From Tubulanus polymorphus (lineage: Eukaryota; Animalia; Nemertea): a stretch of 64,000 nucleotides of DNA. A model generated the notes under the pieces. That model was not told the DNA's origin and searched no databases. It saw nothing but the letters and a program-made list of their open reading frames with translations. The stretch lies in assembly GCF_964204645.1 (NCBI RefSeq), contig NC_134027.1:15470485-15534484 (forward strand). Reading direction: 5' to 3'. The stretch's first letter is position 1, and each line of letters opens with the position of its first letter. Positions 1 to 10,416 of this stretch are shown piece by piece. The position numbers were made by a program, and so were the translations under genes.

Positions 1-21
1 CCATTTATATAATAAAAAAAA

Positions 22-1412
22 TTAAAATTTAAAATAAAATATTCCTCCTATAACAATTCCTATACAAGTTAAAGCTAATTTAGTATTTTCATGTAATTTA
101 TTATCATTATCAGTTTTAATTATATCATGTTGAATATTATCAGTTTTAATATTTTCTGTAATATTGTAATCTTTTATTTTGGAATCATTTTCCAATTTAA
201 TATTCTTAGTTTTAGTTTCTGTTGATTGAATATGTTTTTTATTTTTTTCACCTTCCATTAATTTTGGAGCAGTAATTATCTTTTTATTTATATCATTCAA
301 TCCAAATGAATTATTTATTGTTGCAGTTTTAATTAGATTATTATAACCAATTATATTTCTCATCTTTAATACTAAATCATTAGAAATAATTAATAGATTA
401 GGGCCTATACAATAATTTAATCTAATATGTGATTTATCTAAATAATTTTGATATCTTACAATGTTTTCTGGAATCGATCTATTTTTATCATTATGAATGG
501 AATCTTCTAATAAAACTTTAAATTGTTTTTGTGTATCAAATGATGTATTTAAATTTCCAATTATTGGGGATCTTGTTTCAACTTTCGAACCTAAAATACA
601 TATCAAATAAGTTCTAATAGATTGATTTATTCTTTGTATACCTGATTTTGTAAAACCTTCATTATTTTCAAAAATGAAATAAACCCAACCATTATTGTTT
701 TCTTGTTTTAAATTATCATAAAATGTCGGTAATTAATTGAAATTTAATGTTTCTAAATCCTTAGTTTCTATTTTACCATAACCTAATTTATTACTATAGA
801 TATTATACAAACTATTAGATGGTATGGGAAGTGCACAATATTCTGCAATCTTTTTAGGGCAAGGAAGTGATCTTATTGTTCCAATTTTTGTTCTAAAATC
901 AGAATTATTTATATCTATATTAAATTCATTACAAATTTTATAAAACTTTGATAAATTAATATTATTATCTAATTCTTTAAAATACCTAGATCCTGGTAAA
1001 GCGCACTCTAATTCATTTAATATTATTCTGATTTGAAAGTATGTATGAAATCTAAATAAACTTTGAATTAATTTATATTTAGAATTATTCAAATGATCAT
1101 TCCAACTAATTCCACAACCACCTGTTGTTGCACAATAAACAGCAAAATTTAATTGGTTCTACCAATACTTCATATTAGATTTTAATAACCATTGTTTTTC
1201 ATCTTTCAATTTTTCAAAATTAATTAAATATACATGAAATATATTTTCCATCTTTGCATTAAAATTATTAGTTTCAGTAACATAAATTTCTAAATTAGTT
1301 AATGAATCTAAAACTTCATTTCTATATGTAATATCTTATTAAAATCTATTGCTGGAATATTATATTTAATTGATTTATTACATTGGAAAGCTTTTGGAAA
1401 ACTATCTACCAT
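22..1412 (-). pseudogene. Polinton-associated protein with C-terminal TM anchor, fragmented
   Basis: ATG at 1412 in ATAAATG context. Reads ...KYW*NQLNFAVYCATTGGCGISWNDHL into ORF 733..1092, then frameshifts into ORF 22..606, which ends in the hydrophobic LALTCIGIVIGGIFYFKF. Confidence 0.65.
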
Positions 1413-1428
1413 TTATATAATTAAAAAA

Positions 1429-1853
1429 TTAATAATTTATTAATTCTTTTAATAATTTATCTTGTTCTTCAACTGTTATATGACCATTTAAACTTATGAT
1501 ATAATCTAGTGTGTTCTTTAATTTATTAATTTCTTTTATATTAGTTTTAATTTTTTCTTTATTACTTTTTATATTTAATTTTGAACTTATACCAGTTAAA
1601 ACACTTGAACTTAATCCTAACACGCCAATTGATATAGCTAAAGGTGTTAAAGGACTGAATATTGCTAGAAATGTTATTACAGAACTAATTGTAACCGAAC
1701 CACTAATAATCAAATAATATATAATTTTACTTTTTAAATATTTTTTCTTTTTAATTTTAAATCATTTTCAAATTCTAATATTTGTTTTTCTAAATATATT
1801 TTTAATTTAGTTTTATTTATATCATGAGGAATAATATCAATATTATCTACCAT
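1429..1853 (-). pseudogene. Small two-TM Polinton protein, frameshifted
   Basis: ATAAATG start at 1853 (MVDNIDII...) is out of frame with ORF 1429..1713, which has two hydrophobic segments. Confidence 0.55.
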
Positions 1854-1870
1854 TTATTTAGAAAAAAGTA

Positions 1871-2293
1871 CTAATTAGTAAATTTATATGCTACATATAT
1901 AACAATAACAGTTCCACCTAAAATCCATATTATTTCATATTTCTGTTGTTCTTTACTAGGAGTATAATAATCTGATAAATTAGGTTTGTATAGATGTAAT
2001 TTTTCTTTATTTGTTACTGCGTTATGTAAACTCATTGCATCATCAACTGATTGAAAATCTCTATGTGAAATCTTCTGATCATATAATTCCTTGTTAATAT
2101 AATCCATATAGTTTTGCCTCTTTTCTCTATATTCTTCTGCAGCTTTATTGTATTTCACTAATGCTAAGTTATGTCTTCTTTGTTCTCCTAATGAACTATT
2201 TTTATCAATATGTTTAAATAAATATCCACCACCAGTAAATGCCAAAGCGTTAACAATTGCCGATCCTATAATAGTTATAATTGCAGAAGCCAT
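1871..2293 (-). CDS. Small Polinton protein with hydrophobic N- and C-termini
   Basis: Intact 140-aa ORF, ATAAATG start, GSAIVNALAFTGG N-terminus, TM-like C-terminus. Confidence 0.75.
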   Translation of the reverse strand: MASAIITIIGSAIVNALAFTGGGYLFKHIDKNSSLGEQRRHNLALVKYNKAAEEYREKRQNYMDYINKELYDQKISHRDFQSVDDAMSLHNAVTNKEKLHLYKPNLSDYYTPSKEQQKYEIIWILGGTVIVIYVAYKFTN

Positions 2294-2317
2294 TTATTTA
2301 GTAAAATAATTACGCAT

Positions 2318-2538
2318 TTATATGGGAGGTATATATTTTTGTTTTTCCAAATAATCAATAGTTAAATTAGATAAAGTAATTGCTAATGTTAATTTTAAAA
2401 TATCATTTATATCAAATCTATCAACGTTAACACTTCCCATTTTGAATACTTTTTTAATACCATTGAATAACCAACAGTTCCAACTGATAGTAATGCTCCA
2501 TTATATAATCCAGTTATTATCCACTTATTATCACTCAT
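2318..2538 (-). pseudogene. Small hydrophobic Polinton protein (~73 aa), frameshifted; absent from ORF track
   Basis: ATAAATG start at 2538 (MSDNKWIITGLYNG...), ends DYLEKQKYIPPI*. The 221-nt span implies one indel. Confidence 0.5.
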
Positions 2539-2541
2539 TTA

Positions 2542-2898
2542 TTAATCAAAAAAATTACTATCTTCAAAATATTTAGTTATCTTAGTGATGATTAATTCAA
2601 CATTTATTCCATTACTACTTTTATGATTATCATATATTTCGGTTAATATGTTTTTAATATCATCTATGATAAAATCTTCATCTAATTCATAAAATCTTAA
2701 AGATTCTCTAATTAGATTAGTAATCTTTTCTACATTTAAAGTTTCTTTATCTATTGTTTTTTCATACTCAAATGCTGTTTCATTAGAAAATGCAATATTT
2801 TTGATATGTGTAATTACATCATTAATGTTAAATTTCATTTCTTTCTCACGTTTAAAATCAAATCCAAAACATATACTCGGTCCAACAGTTATATTCAT
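2542..2898 (-). CDS. Hypothetical Polinton protein
   Basis: 118-aa ORF with ATAAATG start, packed between neighbouring genes. Confidence 0.6.
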   Translation of the reverse strand: MNITVGPSICFGFDFKREKEMKFNINDVITHIKNIAFSNETAFEYEKTIDKETLNVEKITNLIRESLRFYELDEDFIIDDIKNILTEIYDNHKSSNGINVELIITKITKYFEDSNFFD

Positions 2899-2914
2899 TT
2901 ATATAATGAAAAAA

Positions 2915-3673
2915 TTACTCTTTACATCTTATAACTAATTCATAAATTACAGGAAAGTTATTCAAATCAATTAAATAACCATTATGATTTCTTATTTCTA
3001 ATTCAAAATTATTGAAATGTGGAATACAAGGTTTAAAATCACATTCAGCTAATTTATAATTTATTTGCGTTCCAAATTCTTTAACATTCTTCAATGGTAA
3101 AATGTTTAGTAAACCAGAATTACAAATTGTATCTTTAGTTGCTTCAAAAGTTTTTGTTGGGTCAATTAAATTGCAATAAATATAAAAATGTGTAAAAGGT
3201 ATTAAGTTTGATTTACCTTCTGCGTATGCTGTAACAATATCTGGGTTAATTCCTAACAGTTTACCTAAAGGTTTTCTTACTGTAAATTTAAATTGTTCGT
3301 CATTAGCTAACCTAATCTTTATTTTATTAGAACTAGCACTTTTTAAAATTCTAATACTAAATCCGGAATCACTTCCTAATTTAGCTCGAGCTTTTCTATT
3401 AATTTCTTGTGCTAATGTATCTAAATTATATAATCCTGGTTTTAAATATATAAAAAACCATTTATTCCTTTTTTTGTAAAAGATTGGAAAAATTAAATGT
3501 TCGAGACTTTTATCCGATATATTGTAAAATGAGTTACATAAACTTATATTTGCTAATTTCAAATCTACACAATTCTTAAATTCTCTATCTAATTGTATTA
3601 ATAAATTATGAGATTTATAATTTGTAAGTCTTCTAGAATCAACAAATATTCTGTATTCTTTTAATTCTGCCAT
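2915..3673 (-). CDS. Minor capsid (penton)-like protein
   Basis: Pattern IFVDSR...NSFYNI...PGLYNL...LLG...YIYCNLI...EIRNHNGYLIDLNNFPVIYELVI matches Polinton/virophage single jelly-roll pentons as recalled. Confidence 0.7.
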   Translation of the reverse strand: MAELKEYRIFVDSRRLTNYKSHNLLIQLDREFKNCVDLKLANISLCNSFYNISDKSLEHLIFPIFYKKRNKWFFIYLKPGLYNLDTLAQEINRKARAKLGSDSGFSIRILKSASSNKIKIRLANDEQFKFTVRKPLGKLLGINPDIVTAYAEGKSNLIPFTHFYIYCNLIDPTKTFEATKDTICNSGLLNILPLKNVKEFGTQINYKLAECDFKPCIPHFNNFELEIRNHNGYLIDLNNFPVIYELVIRCKE

Positions 3674-3695
3674 TATTTATAACATAAAAAAATTA

Positions 3696-3734
3696 CACTC
3701 ATCACCACAAGTAATTTTTTTCCCTAATAAATGG
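3696..3734 (+). promoter_or_regulatory. ~39-bp upstream element ending in the ATG of the 3731 gene; inverted copy at 10074-10112
   Basis: CACTCATCACCACAAGTAATTTTTTTCCCTAATAAATGG is nearly identical to the reverse complement of 10074-10112. Confidence 0.7.
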
Positions 3735-5045
3735 ATGAGAAGATACCATGTGAAATTTGTGGTGAACTTCTAAGAAAAAGTAATATGGCTCGACATATGA
3801 AAAAACATGATGAAAATTATAAACCCCCTAGACTAAACTGCCCAAAATGTAATAAATCATTCTCAAGAAATCATGTTAAAAAACATTCAGAGAAGTGTAA
3901 AATTAATGGCGCAACGGCTAATGTTGATAGTAACGAAAGTAATAGTAATTCTGTTGAAGTTGAACCTGAAGTTATTTGGAAAAGACCATTCTTATTCTAT
4001 GATAAGGACAATATAAAAGATCATTTCTGTGAGCCTTGTCAAATGAAATATAACCCTGAAAATATAGAAGATTGGGAGAATCATCAATTTCGTAAAGCAC
4101 ATATAGATAAAATTTATAATAAATTTGAAACTGAATTCAATGAAAGAAAAAATAATTTATTAGAAAAAATAAAATATGAGAAAACGTTACCAGATAATAA
4201 AGAAACAGTTGAAAAGTTAGAAAAACAATATAATGAATTAACAAGAAAAACATATTATTGTAAATTGATTATTACAACAAGTAATTCAAATCTACATAAT
4301 AGAACAATAAAACATAAAGAAAACGTAAGAAAATACCAGGAGCTTAATGAAGATCTATTACCAATAAATTATAAACAAAAATGCCCACAATGTAATTACG
4401 CGACCTTAAGACAAGAAGGTACTGTGTTATTTTGTAATGAATGTGGATGGCAAAAGAATTTATGGAGTGAAGAAAAAACTAGAAATTTTCTCATAAATTA
4501 AATTATCTAGATGAAATTTTTAAAATATTTTCTATAGAAGATCATACACCAGAATATATGCAATGGCTTGAAAAAATGAAAATAATAGAAAATAAAAATG
4601 GTGAAATAACTAAAAAATATATTATGAAAACAATTATTCCGTCAACATTTAACACAAAACAAAAGAAAATGTATTTATATTTATTATTCAACGATTATTA
4701 TGAAAAACCTAAATTAACAGAAGAAGATATGGAAAATATAAAAAAATATTCAAACAAATATTAATGTATCATTTGGAAAATAGAATAACAGATTCAATTA
4801 ATTATAAATTCTTTTTAAATAAGATTGTAAATTATTTAAACATAGATATTATAATTCCATTTGATGAATTAACAAACAAAAAGAAACAAAGAGAGCGAGA
4901 TGAAATGTGGAACAAGATAGAACTTTATTTAAATAAGAAAAATGAAATGGAAGAAGAAGCTAAACAAATTATACAAGAACAATAAAATGAAAATGAAGAA
5001 GCCAATAGTGATTTCGATTATGATGATATTGATTTTATGTTTTAA
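3731..5045 (+). pseudogene. C2H2 Zn-finger plus VLTF3 (poxvirus A2)-like late transcription factor, split by lesions
   Basis: ORFs 3731..4501, 4558..4764 and 4764..4985 can be joined by frameshifts. N-terminal C2H2 fingers, Zn ribbon CPQC...EGTVLFCNECG, C-terminal SINYKFFLNKI...PF..L...K....DEMWNKI. Confidence 0.55.
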
Positions 5046-8000
5046 TGTCCATAAGGTAATGTTTTTATACCATCATCTAAAATATGCCTTTTATCATCAA
5101 ATGGATTTAAACTAGTTTTTTCAACTTCATTAATGTACATCTCATGATCTTCTGATCTTAAACAATTCATTTTGTGTTTCATTACAATTGATTTATAAAA
5201 ACACTTTATATAATCTTGAAATTCTATATGTTTATCAACCACATGTTTTGTTATTCCTTTTGACTTTTTAGCTTCATGATCTTTTGTTCTATAACTATAC
5301 ATTTTACTTCTTATCCCAACAAATTCAATCATTTCATCACCCCCTAGTTCATCTTTAAATTTACCAGGAATCTTTTTATTATCATTGCTAAATAGTTCAT
5401 GATCTTTGGGATAATTGCTAAAATCAAAATGATGTTTTAATGTTTTTAAGTCTTTTGTTATGTCATTTGTCTTGATTTTTAGTATGTAACTGTCAGTATT
5501 GACTGCTATTAATGGAAATCCATAGTTAAATGTACCATCTTCAGTTGATAAATCATAAACATAATCTGATGGGTTATATATTTCAAATAAATCCTTAACT
5601 TCTTCTGTTAACTCATTTTCTACATGGCTTAAATTAAAGCAATTTGGTTTAGATTTAATCAATCCAATATTCATATTAAAACCCAATGAATTGCATAATA
5701 TATTCAATCCTGATATAGCAACTTTTCCTTTTTGAGCTAAAGATATCGTTTTGCGGTTTTTGAAACTTTTTGAACCATCTGCTGCGTAGAATCCAATGAA
5801 GAACCATTTTCTTAAATTATTTTTTTTGCATTTAATACATAATCTGGTACTATCTTTTCTTTTGTTGAAGTATTACTTTTCACTATTGCATGAATATAGA
5901 ATTCATCATTATATTTTATAGCAAAATCTTTAGGATTATTTACAAGTATTCTATAAACTGCTGATGATTTCATATGATCCATGATTCTAAATGTTTTATG
6001 TGAATAAACTTCTTCACAGAATTTCTTAATTCTTTCTAATAATTTTAAGTCTTGATTGCATAAATACCAACAATATTTATTACCCCAAACATAATTATAC
6101 ACACCTGCTGAACCATCTCCCATGAAAAATCCTTTGATAAAATATTCTTTTTCTTCTAATGTTTCGGGTTCTATGTTATAAATATTATCAATTATTTCAT
6201 CAAATGACATATGATTCATTCTTTGGAAAAATCTTTTATGTAACAATTCATCTCCAATTTTTATATCAGTTGGTTTTATTTCATCGCCATTTCGTTTAAT
6301 AAAACTATGATCTTCTGTTACATCTACAAACCCTAATTTAGTTCTAACTCTATAGATTTTCTTATTTGTTTTATGCCTAATAATATTCTTTAATTTTTTC
6401 CATCCATTTCTTGTCCAAACATCCATTAATCCATTTATTTGTATTAATTCTTTTTCACCATATGAAATATAACATTCATTTTGTTTTGGAATTATTTCTG
6501 AAATTCTTCTTATCAATATTTTATCATTACATTTTAATAATATTGGGGTGTCAGCTGTTACAGAATCAAAATATAATATTTCAATATCCTTTTCTCCAAA
6601 AAGTGGTTGTAAAACATTATAATAAAAATCATACATTAATAATTTTGATACTTCTAAAACAGTTGAACCAATGAATATAGGATTATCAAATTTCATTGAC
6701 GTTCTTTTTAATTTAACTGCTGTTAAATAATCTTCAAATCTTTTATTTCCTAAATGTCTAGGACTTGATTGTAAATGTCTTAATCTTTCAGAATTATTTA
6801 CTAATTCAATATCATTTCTATTTCTAATATTTTCGCATGTTTTTCCATAAAAACTATTGTTCATTAATTTGAAGAAATCTTTTTCAAAATCTGTTTTTGA
6901 TATGGTTCTCTGTTGAGTATTAAAATCTATATATTTTTCTAACCACTTCGATTGATTAAATTCAATATATCTATGTACTTTCTTTAATTTCATTCCTTGT
7001 TTTAGATAAAATTTTAACATTCTATAATGAACGATATAATTGTATTTATTATTTTGAGTAAGTATTAATTTTCCTGGAAAAAGATGATCTTTCGGTTTTA
7101 TTTTCTTCTGGTATTCACTTAAATAACTATCATCTACAGTTAAATGTTCTGGGCAATAAGGTAAGTTTCTTGTTTTAAACTTTATATTTTCAGGATATTC
7201 TAAATCAACTACAAAGAAATAAATAATTGGTGCTTCATCTTCTAAACTCATAATTGCGCTTTCCCAATTAGTTTTATCATCATTTTCAACTTCTGTTAAT
7301 ATAAAATTTTTGTATGGTTGAGGTTGCATCATTGCCCAACCATATAAATTATTGGCGTCAATATATAATAATTTATATTCATCATTTGCTTTAAAATATC
7401 TATCTCCCATAACACCACTAATTCCACCTCTAATTGATTTTTCAAATAATAAAACCATGTCTGGTTCTTTTAATAAATCTAATTCTACATTTGTATATTC
7501 TAAACCACATTGCCAGGTTAAACCAGGACTAGAGTAGCAATAACAAGGATCAACATTAAAATGATTCAAATTAACTTCTCTAAATTTTTCAAATATGTCA
7601 GCTAATATCATAACATCTGATTTTAAATATAAATCAACTAATTCACCATGATTTTTCATCTTAAAATGATTCCAAATATTTAATGTTCTATTAAACACTT
7701 CGTCTTTCACATACTCCTCTATTAATTGATCATAAAATTGATCTTTTAATAATTCTGTTACATTAAAATCATTGTGTGTTTTATAAAATGAATAAGGAAT
7801 TGCACCTTTATATCTCAATAATTTAAAATCTTGGTCATTTGGATAATAATATCGAGTTATTATAAAATCATTATCAACTAAACTTTTTGATAAATTATCT
7901 AATGAACTTGCTAGAAATCTATAAGAATCTAAAAATCTAATGCAACCAAATTGAAATGAAATATAATTTTCAGATGTTTTAGCTAATAGTTTAAAATCAT

Positions 8001-10077
8001 ATTTTCTTACATTTACACCATTCATAGCATTATATTCTTCTATTTCTTGATTAATTGTGCCCAATTTCTTTGATATTGTTTTATAAATAGATGGGTATCA
8101 TAGCCTGATAAATTATGAAATAATATTGGTACGAAATTAACTTTCTTTGCTTGTAAATTGCAATCTTCATGAGCAGCTCCATGATATTTTGAATTTAAAT
8201 GATCATGATCTCTTAACTTTTTTATCAAATGAATAAAAACGTTGAATAACAACAGTGAGTTGCATAATTAAAATCAATTTCATCTTCTATTGTCATAACT
8301 ATTCTTTTATTTTTGTTTAATAATTTTGAAAAATCACTTTCTAATTCAATCATTTTATCACAAAAATCATTAAATACATCTTCACCTCTAAAAGAAATAT
8401 ATTGACTTTCATATAATTTGGGATAATTTGATTTGACGTAAATTCCATAAGCAGCAGCTCTTTGATGAACTTTTTTAATTGTATTTATAATTGGTGGGTC
8501 TTGTATTGTGTCTTCATTTCCTTTATCCATTGATTTAAATAATTGCTTTTTGTTATATATTTCTTTTCTATCTCGATCAGTTAATTCTTTATTCAACGAT
8601 ACAAAATCCCCATAAATTACAAAGGGAACAATATTCTTAAATTTATGATTAGTAAATTTCAATTTATAATCTTTTTCTGTTGGCATTATTAATTTGCAAA
8701 AATCTTTATTATCACATAATTCTTTATGTTTTAATAATGTATTCTCTGTCATAAATTTAGATAAACATTTTCTACATAGATAAATTTTACGATGATGATC
8801 ACTTTCTGTTCTAAAGAATAAATCAATTTGTTTTAACCACATATAATGTTCATTTTCATCTTTTTTGTAATATAACAAATCTATAGCATTTTCATCATCA
8901 TAATATTCTGTTAAATATAAAGCTTCCAATGTATAATCTTTAATATTTTCACCTTTTGTCTTTGGTAATTGCATTAATTCAAATACATTTATTTTTAAAT
9001 TATTAACTTTTTCTATTTTAGGAATCATTTTTATAGTTACTGGATATTGATCAATTTTATATAATGTTTCATATTTCCGGTAATTTGTTATTCTAAAACT
9101 ATGCGTCATATCTTCTGTTGGGTGTAAACAACTAATAATTGACCATAGAAAACATTTATTATCTTCATTTTGAACATTTATTACTGCTTTTGTTGTAAAT
9201 GGTAATTTAATATAAGATGATGCTTTAATATCCTTTTCTGTTGTAAAGTTTGAATCATTTTTAAACATTTTATTACTTTTTGATGTTTTATTCCTTTTTG
9301 TATTGTAAACATTTAAATCTAAATATATAATTTCATTCAATGTTAAGCCAGAACCCTCAAAATATCTTTCTTCAATATGACGTTTAAATTCATTAAATAT
9401 TTTTTCTAACTTCTCTTTTATTTGCGTTTTTGAAATAATTTCTTCAGAGAGTGTTTGAATATTATAATCCATTTTTTCTTCTGACTTTATAAAACTTACT
9501 TTCCCAGAGATACTAATTTTTGGATATTCAACATCTGTTACCAAATCTAGTATTTTTTCTATTATTTCATTAAATTTACTATAATCTTCTATTGTTGTAC
9601 CTTTAAAAAATCTAAATATAATAGCTGCAGGACCAATTTTACTATGTAATGTTTCTAAAATTTCAATTGTATCTTTTATTTCTAGTGAATCAATATAATT
9701 TCTAACATTTTCCATGTAAGGTTTATTTGAAATGGATTTAGTTTTTGAATTTGGTTTTTTTACTTTTTGAGGTTTATTGTTAAAATAATCTTTTCCTAAA
9801 ACATTATTACTCAAATTTTGATGGTGTTTTTGTGATTCGAGATGTCTATTATAATTCCTTTTTGTTATAAATTCATTACAAACTTCACATTTTATTTCAT
9901 CCACATTCATATTTTCTAATCGTTCTTTTCTTTCATTGGAATTTTCTGAAGTTTCAAAATCTATAACATTTTTTATATGATTTGACGTTTTTTCATGTCG
10001 TGATTTTTGGGATTTATCGATGTATTTTTTACAATATTAACATTATTGTTTTCTGGCTGGTGTTCATTCTCCCCCAT
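5042..10077 (-). pseudogene. polB: Protein-primed family B DNA polymerase with endonuclease-VII-like insert and an intein; several frameshifts
   Basis: ExoI FVIYGDF, RDHDHL...GAAHEDCN, ExoII FHNLSGYD, ExoIII YLKSDV, PolA YIDANNLYG, PolB KLMNNSFYGK, PolC YFD|TDS, KIPGKFKDE, DDKR. Spread over ORFs 8225..9910, 8040..8252, 5812..8064 and 5042..5707; likely ATG at 10077. Confidence 0.95.
5498..6564 (-). mobile_element. Intein with LAGLIDADG homing endonuclease inserted in PolB motif C
   Basis: Block A SVTADTPILL directly after YFD; block B VTEDHSF; LAGLIDADG motifs FIKGFFMGDGS and FFIGFYAADGS; block F YVYDLSTEDGTF; terminal Asn followed by TDS. Length is 1067 nt, one base short of 356 codons at an A8 run (5820-5827). 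Confidence 0.93.
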
Positions 10078-10112
10078 TTATTAGGAAAAAAAATTACTTG
10101 TGGTGATGAGTG
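10074..10112 (-). promoter_or_regulatory. Inverted copy of the 39-bp element, ending in the putative PolB ATG (10077)
   Basis: Reverse complement matches 3696-3734. Confidence 0.7.
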
Positions 10113-10113
10113 G

Positions 10114-10416
10114 TGTCTCGACCGCACGACCTCTGGTATGAAAGCCCACTTTTCCAATTACTGTAGTATTAGACCAGAGAGACGACCAGAGAACAAGAAC
10201 TCAGCACGACGAACAGTGTAGTCTTACAAAAATGCCTCCTGATTTATTCATACACAGATATTTATATGCAGCAAATATGACGGCCACAGACCGTGAATAA
10301 CAAATAGTATTGAATTCGGAAATATACAGTTTACAGTTTACTGGACAGTTCAGTCACATTCGAAACAACAACATAGTTGACAGAGTTGAGTCACTCCATA
10401 GGACCGAGTCCCGACA
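10114..10416 (-). repeat. 3' LTR of the BEL/Pao element (~303 bp)
   Basis: Begins TGTC and ends GACA. The PPT lies immediately inside it on the minus strand. Confidence 0.75.

Larger units (their letters stand above)
1..10112. mobile_element. Polinton/Maverick (adintovirus-like) endogenous virus, partial and decayed; runs off the left edge
   Basis: Very AT-rich, intronless, densely packed ORFs including a protein-primed PolB and a penton-like gene. Many frameshifts and stops. The right end is cut by a BEL LTR at 10114. Confidence 0.9.

Noticed and set aside
5820-5827. Programmed ribosomal frameshift in the intein
   Set aside because: The same gene has several other indels (near 8075 and 8215-8250), so decay or sequencing error is the simpler explanation.
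1-10112. Free giant-virus or bacterial contaminant
   Set aside because: The polymerase is protein-primed Polinton type, the genes are decayed, and the block is joined directly to a metazoan BEL LTR. Read-level confirmation is still advisable.
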